Of a stretch of DNA of 64,000 nucleotides, positions 57,004 to 64,000 are shown piece by piece. Positions within the stretch are counted from its first letter, which is position 1; the number at the start of each line of letters is the position of its first letter. The notes below the pieces were generated by a model. The model had not been told where the DNA came from. It did not search any database and saw nothing but the letters and a program-made list of their open reading frames with translations. The translations under genes and the position numbers were made by a program. The DNA lies in assembly GCF_009914755.1 (NCBI RefSeq), contig NC_060940.1; one strand, written 5' to 3'. The stretch comes from the human T2T-CHM13v2.0 reference genome, Homo sapiens.

Positions 57004-58089
57004 CCCACCCCCACCCATTCTTCCCACAGCAGCTGGAACCGTCCCATCAAAGATCTCTCCCCATTCTACCAAAAATCCTTCATGGCTCTTACGGTTTCTG
57101 GAACAAAATCCAGATTTCTCGTTCTGACTCACATGGCCCCAACTTATCCCTCTGGGCTTGTCTCTTATCTTCTTCAGACACACACACCCCAACTTTAGGC
57201 TCCTGGAAGGAATTTTCAGGTTCCCCTAATCACATTTTGTATGTCAATCTTGCCTGGAATGCTTCTTTCTACCTTTCACCAATTCTTATTTATTCTTCAA
57301 ATAAATCACCTCCCCTAGGAAGTCCTTCCTGAGTCTTCCCTGTAGGGGAAGACTGTAGTCCTGACTTCAGATCCTGCCCTCCCAGTTTCACAGCACCTCA
57401 CAGAATTCCGTCTTGGATCATTCATCACACTCAACCACAGTGGTTCTTGACCAGTGTGGGGGTGGGTGCTGGAAATGTAGTGGGGACATGGTTGTCACAA
57501 TAAACCAAACAGAAGAGAACTGTGCCACGTCCAACGCTGCAGCACCTGCTGTTGAGAAACTCCACTGTGTTCTCAGGACTCTGAATGGGCTGGACCAGGC
57601 CAAGGTTTGCACAGCAAATGTCTGCAGGGGCTAGAGAGGTCCTGAAAGGAACCACACAGGCTGGGTGGAGAACAGGGAGCAGGGGGCACTGTGGAGGAAT
57701 GGAGGCCCTTCCCATGCCAAGATCTGCTGGTTCAAGTTTATAAAATGCAATGCTTGTCCACTTTAGGGGACTGGGGCGCCTTGAAGAAAAGGCTGACTCC
57801 AGGGCTAGCAGGAACAAAGAGGAGCTGAGAACATCTTATTGCCCCAGAACGTTTTCAAAGAATAATGGGGACACGTCAAAAAGAAGCCAGCCTGCCCCAA
57901 TCTGGAACAATTTGAACTTCCAAATAAATATGGGAAGGAATTATAACCCACTAAATAAAATAAGATCCTTGAGTCCATGCTGACACAAACAAATGAAAGA
58001 ATAAACAAATGAGAAAGAAGGGACAGTTCTCTTTTAAAGAAAGCTCCTCTTTAATAACTAATATATCTGCCAGCTAACAAATTCAGCAG

Positions 58090-58471
58090 TGATATGGTTT
58101 GGCTCTGTGTCCCCACCCAAATCTCATGTCGAACTGTAACTCCCAACGTTGGGGGAGACACCTGTTGGGAGGTGATTGGATGGTGGGGGCAGATAATCCC
58201 CCTTGCTGTTCTTGTGATACTGAGTTCTCACGAGATCTGATGGTTTAAAAGTGTGTGGCACTTCCCCCTCACTCTCTCTTTCTCTCTTGCAGCCATGTAA
58301 AGAAGGTGCTTGCTTCTGCTTTACCTTCTGCCATGATTGTAAGCTTCCTGAGGCCTCCCAGCCATGCTTCCTATTAAGCCTGCAGAACCGTGAGTCAACT
58401 AAACCTCTTTTCTTCATAAATGACTCAGTCTCAGGTAGTTCTTTATAGCAGTGTGACAACGGACTAATACA
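58090..58471 (+). mobile_element. MSTA/MST-type MaLR solo LTR inside an L1MC-like region (~57700-59790)
   Basis: TGatatggtttggctctgtgtccccacccaaatctcat ... ttctttatagcagtgtgacaacggactaataCA. Confidence 0.88.
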
Positions 58472-58509
58472 GTTAGGGATGATGGCATCAGGCCATTCGT
58501 GCATGCTAA

Positions 58510-58677
<168 letters not shown>

Positions 58678-59219
58678 TAATTTTTTTTTTTTTGGTAAAA
58701 GTAAAGGAGGGGGGTCTCACCATGTTGCCCAGGCTGGTCTCGAATTCCTGGCCTCAAGCAATCTGCCTGCCTCAGCCTCCCAAAGTGCCGAGATTACAGG
58801 CATGAGCCACCATGCCTGGCCAACAATTTTTTGAGTGACAGGATATTTATAGTCTCAAAATGTTTCCCCACAAATTATTTATTATTTACAAAGGGGGAAA
58901 TAGTGACTTTTCAATGGACACACACTTAATTGATCAAAACTGACATCATCAAAATTGGCACAAACCCACATCATGGGCCTCCTGGATACGATGCCCTGAG
59001 GAGGACGTAACCCCATTTCTGTGCTATTCCTAAAATGTGTAGCCTAAGCCTCAGTGAGAGACAAGCTCAAATTGAAGGACATTCTACAAAATAGCTTGTT
59101 CATATGCTATGAAAATGTGAGCACGGGCCGGGCACAGTGGCTCACGCCTGTAATCCCAGCACTTTGGGAGGCCGCGGCGAGCGGATCACGAGGTCAGGAG
59201 ATCGAGACCATCCTGGCTA

Positions 59220-59520
<301 letters not shown>

Positions 59521-60063
59521 CTAAAGAGACTTGACAACTCGACCAGTGTGGTGATCCTGGGTCCGATTTTAGATTCAAAAAGGAAAAGAAAACACAGCTA
59601 TAAAGGACATTATTGGGACAGTCGATGACTTTTGAGCACAAACTAGATTATGAACTAGAACAAAAATGGAGATAATGCAGTTGTGGCAACGTGATTTCCT
59701 GAGTTTGGTGATTATATGTGGTTATGTTACCGGAACATCCCTGTTTTCGGAAATTGTACACTGAAGGATTTATAGGTAAGAGGCTGTTGGCCAAGGAGGA
59801 ACTTGGCCTCTCTCCAGGGACTGTGTCTTCTTCTCAGAGCCGACTGCCATTCACTTAGGAAGTTGTCCTCCAGCCCAAAGAGGCCTAGGGCAGGCTTCCT
59901 GCCTGCTGCCTGCTCAGCTGTGGCCTGCACCCCAACACTGGCTTTTCATTCGAGACTCGTCCGTTTAAAAGAGGGCCTGGCCCCCTGCTCTGGCCTATTT
60001 TAGCCGCCACAGGCCCCCTGCCATCTGTGAGTGATTTTCCCCCACACTCATCTCTCATTATCA

Positions 60064-60543
<480 letters not shown>

Positions 60544-61509
60544 TCACTGATAGGCACGATTCAGAATGACGCTGGGGATGTTCGTGCAGTCCTGGCCATT
60601 TGAGGCTCCACAGGCCCAGCAGGCCAGGCCCTGGCATCAGCACCCATTTACAAAGGGGGAAACTGAGGCTCCCAGGGTTCTTCCTATGCCCGATGCTAAC
60701 AGAGGTAGCAGGTATTTCCCTCTCTTTCCATATTCAGAATAAAGTTAAGATGCTTCTCCTGGCTGGGCACCATGGCACACTGCCTGTGGTCCCAGCTCCC
60801 CGGGGGACTGAGGTGGCAGGATTACGTGAGCTGCTGAGGTCGAGGCTGCAGTGAGCCATGATCATGCCACTGCACTCCAGCCTGGGCGAGAGAGCAAGAC
60901 CCCATCTCAAAAAAATAAAGAAAGAAAGAAAATTAAAAAAAAAAAAAAGATGCTTTTCCTTCCCCAAAGCGTGTACATCGTGTATGTTGTGGATAACGCT
61001 GGTAACCCACAGAGGTCCCCACGGATCTCTTGGTGCTGTCGTTCCCGTGGCCAGCACCTGCAAACACCCCTTCCGGGGGCTGCCTTCAGGCTACAGCAGA
61101 CACCTGGCCAAAGTCCCTCTGGGTCACTCTGCGGCCTGAGGCTGCGGGGTCAGAGGCCCAGCTCCCTTGCCTGAAGACTGCCTCCCGCTTGCCTGCCCAC
61201 GAATCAGGCTGGGGCTGGGCTGGGGCTGAAATGGGGCCCTGGCCAGGCCTCCTCCGGTCCCTAGCCTGCCCTGCTTCTGCACCCAAAGCCCGCCCGGCCG
61301 GGCACTCCCACGGTGCCTGCACGCAGGTCCTCACCTGGGGCTGCGCCTCTAGGGCCTCCCACCTGAGACAGGCGTTGGGACTCTCCCCCAGTGCCTCCCA
61401 CTGTGGCACATGAGGGGCAGTGCTGACTTCCTCAGTCACTCAGCAGATACTGACTGAGCACCGACCTTGTGCCGGCCAGGACTCCAGGTGCCAGGCGGTG
61501 CTGTGGCTA

Positions 61510-62180
61510 TGTGTGTGTGTGTGTGTGTGTGTTCCTGTGTAGTTTTGTGTGTGTGTGTCCCTGTGTGGTTTTGTCTGTGTGTGTGTCTCTGTGTGTTTTT
61601 TTCTGTGTGTGTGCATGTGTCTGTGTGGTTTTGTCTGTGTGTGCTTGTGTCTGTGTGGTTTTGTCTGTGTGTGTCTCTGTGTGGTTTTGTCTGTGTGTGC
61701 ATGTGTGAATCTGTGTGGTTTTGTCTGTGTGTATGTGTGTCTGTGTGGTTTTGTCTGTGTCTGTATGTGTGTCTGTGTGGTTTTGTCAGTGTGTGTGCAT
61801 GTGTCTCTGTGTGGTTTTGTCTGTGTGTGTGTGTGCATGTCTGTGTGGTTTTGTCTGTGTGTGCACGTGTCTCTGTGTGGTTTTGTCTGTGTGTGTGTAC
61901 ATGTCTGTGTCTGTGTGGTTTTGTCTGTGTGTGTGCACGTGTCTCTGTGTGCTTTTGTCTGTGTGTGCGTGTGTGGTTTTGTCTGTGTCTGTGCGTGTCT
62001 GTGTGGTTTTGTCTGTGTGTGTGCACATGTCTGTGGTTTTGTCTGTGTGTGTTTGTGGTTTTGTCTGTGTCTGTGTGTGCTTGTCTGTGGTTTTGTCTGT
62101 GTGTGTGTGCGTGTCTGTGTGGTTTTATGTGTGCATGTGTGCCTCAGGTGCATCTCTGCGTGTGTCTCCGTGTGTGTGGT
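61510..62180. repeat. TG-rich minisatellite with variable unit length around a TGTGGTTTTGTCTG core
   Basis: Direct reading; 17 TGTGGTTT cores between 61564 and 62125. Confidence 0.95.
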
Positions 62181-63629
62181 GGGGTGTGCCTCTCTCTGAT
62201 GTTTCTACAGGGGAGGAGCAGGTATCAGGTCACACAGGTGCTAAGTCGCAGAACTGGGGTCTAAGCCCGAGTCCTGAGGCTCTCCACCAACCTGTGCCTC
62301 TGAGAAAGGAAGCGCGAATCCTCCACCACGGGGCCTGCGTATCCCTTAGTTTGTATTTGATACTTGCCAAAAGAGCTCTGCGAGACTTATTTAGATTCTT
62401 ATGAACACTCCGGGCACACGTAAACAAAGGAAACACGAGTGAAATGGATGGATTACAGAATGTCCTAAACTTCTTCACTTTTGGAGTCTGACTCTCTGAA
62501 TCACTCCTTAACTCTGAGTGATCAAGGTCCATGTTCTCTCGGTGCCACCAACCATGAGTACAGCAGCAACTCTTCAAGGGCTCCACTCAAGGGCTAAACC
62601 TTTGCTTCTTGAACCGGCTTTGCAATTACCGTATTTCATCAAATATGAGCTGCCACTGCAGGTGAGGAGCATCCTGATTCCAGAGACATTAAAATGGAAA
62701 GGAGGTGTGTTTCTCCAGTTTGATAAAAAGAGAAAGTGGCCTGGACTCCTTTTGACTCCCACATCCAACTAACACCTCCTTCAGCTTTCTGCACAGCCAT
62801 GTAATTATCTTCCCAGCTATCCTAGCCCTCTCCCTCTCCCTCCAGGTTGGCATCGGCTCCTAGTTCTCTAAACAGAAGGATGTCCTGCCTCAGGCCTTCG
62901 TACATGCTGTTCCTTCCATCTGCACACCATTCCTGAGCCCCACATGACTCCCTCTCTCCCATTGTCCTGGTCTCTGTTCAAATGTCACCTAAGGGCCACC
63001 GAGCTGCACAACCTCTGGAGTGCCGTGCCCATCACCCTTCACCCCCTGCCTCAGCTGGACCCATTCCTCACAAGCCAGAGGAATTTTACTCTAATGGTGG
63101 AATTTCAGGCCAAGTAGAAAATATATTTTGTGTGTATGAAGAAAGGGGAAAAAGAACCCTTCTCTGAGACCTCAAGTTATTATTTAATTGATTAATTTTT
63201 AGTCATTGATTAAATTATTAAATAACAAATGAAATCAATTGTATTAATTTCTTAGGAGTAAATTATTTTTCCACTGCACTCCAGCCTGGACAACAGAGCA
63301 AGACCCTATCTCTAAAAAATTTATATAAATCTATTACCAATTTATTAATTGCTATTTAACAATGAGTTCTACCAACTGAGGGCGCTGGACCAGGCATGCT
63401 ATGAACCTAAAGAGCCACACCCTTATGATCTACTGGGCCCAGTAGGGTCTGACCCTGTGACCTGTCTGGGCCCACTCCCAGCGCCTGCTGCTGCAGCCAC
63501 ACCAGCCTTCCCCCAGCTGCCACAGAGCCTTTGCTTCCTGACCACCTTCAAGCACTCCTAGATCTTGGCCCCCTAAGCCAGCTCGGCCCCAGGGTGATTG
63601 CACTTTTCCTGCCTTTGGGCAGCAGGTGG

Positions 63630-64000
63630 TGTATCAGTCAGGACTGGCCACATTGTGCCGCTGTGACAAACAAACCCCAAATCCCAGTGGCTGAAGACAA
63701 TAAGGATGTGTTCCTTGCTCATTCTCTGTGTCAGAGGCCAGCGGGGGGTTCTGCTCATCATGGACACTAGGGGGCCCCAGCTCAGGGAGTAGCCACATCT
63801 CAACGGTTGCCAGCAGCCGTGCCAGAGGCGCTCACGTTGGTGAGTAAATGCTCCAGCCTGGGCAGGGACGCATGTCTCTTCTGCTCACATGCTTCCCGGC
63901 TACAGGTAGGAGAATGACAATGCGTGCCACATCCCCTCAAAAGGGGCAGAAAGTCTAATCCTACCAGGTGCCTAGAAGAGAGACAACCAGAAATATTTGG
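63630..64000 (-). mobile_element. MLT1K/L-like LTR fragment
   Basis: tgtatcagtcagga...gctgtgacaaacaaaccccaaatcccagtggctgaagacaa. Confidence 0.65.

Noticed and set aside
61436-62404. 200-265-aa Cys/Val-rich and His/Thr-rich ORFs in all frames
   Set aside because: Translations of the TG minisatellite; not keratin-associated or metallothionein-like genes.
62899-62913. GRE/ARE-like CGTACAtgcTGTTCC
   Set aside because: An isolated match inside an L2-like remnant; a chance occurrence is plausible without ChIP data.

Overview
Human/primate genomic DNA (not prokaryotic), rich in Alu, L1, L2, MIR, LTR and DNA-transposon fossils. I recognise the 3' end of CRISPLD2 (16q24.1) on the + strand: the penultimate coding exon (1499-1632), a 17.2-kb last intron, and the last exon (CDS 18849-18903) with a ~2.9-kb 3'UTR ending near 21767. 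The remaining ~42 kb is intergenic and contains a frameshifted processed IFITM2/3-like pseudogene (32671-33297), two large G/T-rich tandem repeats and a young AluYb8. Almost all ORFs in the track are Alu, simple-repeat or chance frames. I see no convincing new multi-gene system. The most interesting unexplained structures are: (i) a ~270-bp inverted duplication of half-unique, half-MER33 sequence in the CRISPLD2 last intron (4654-4926 vs 7020-7285); (ii) a minisatellite carrying 17 RUNX-consensus sites, 15 of them abutting a SMAD-type GTCTG (61564-62125); (iii) the IFITM retrocopy, which is one base from an open frame, mosaic between IFITM2 and IFITM3, and fused in frame to a hydrophobic trinucleotide tract; (iv) a 107-bp higher-order G-rich VNTR; (v) an orphan exon-like segment at 50610-50731. 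Repeat family names come from recall of consensus sequences, and repeat boundaries are approximate.
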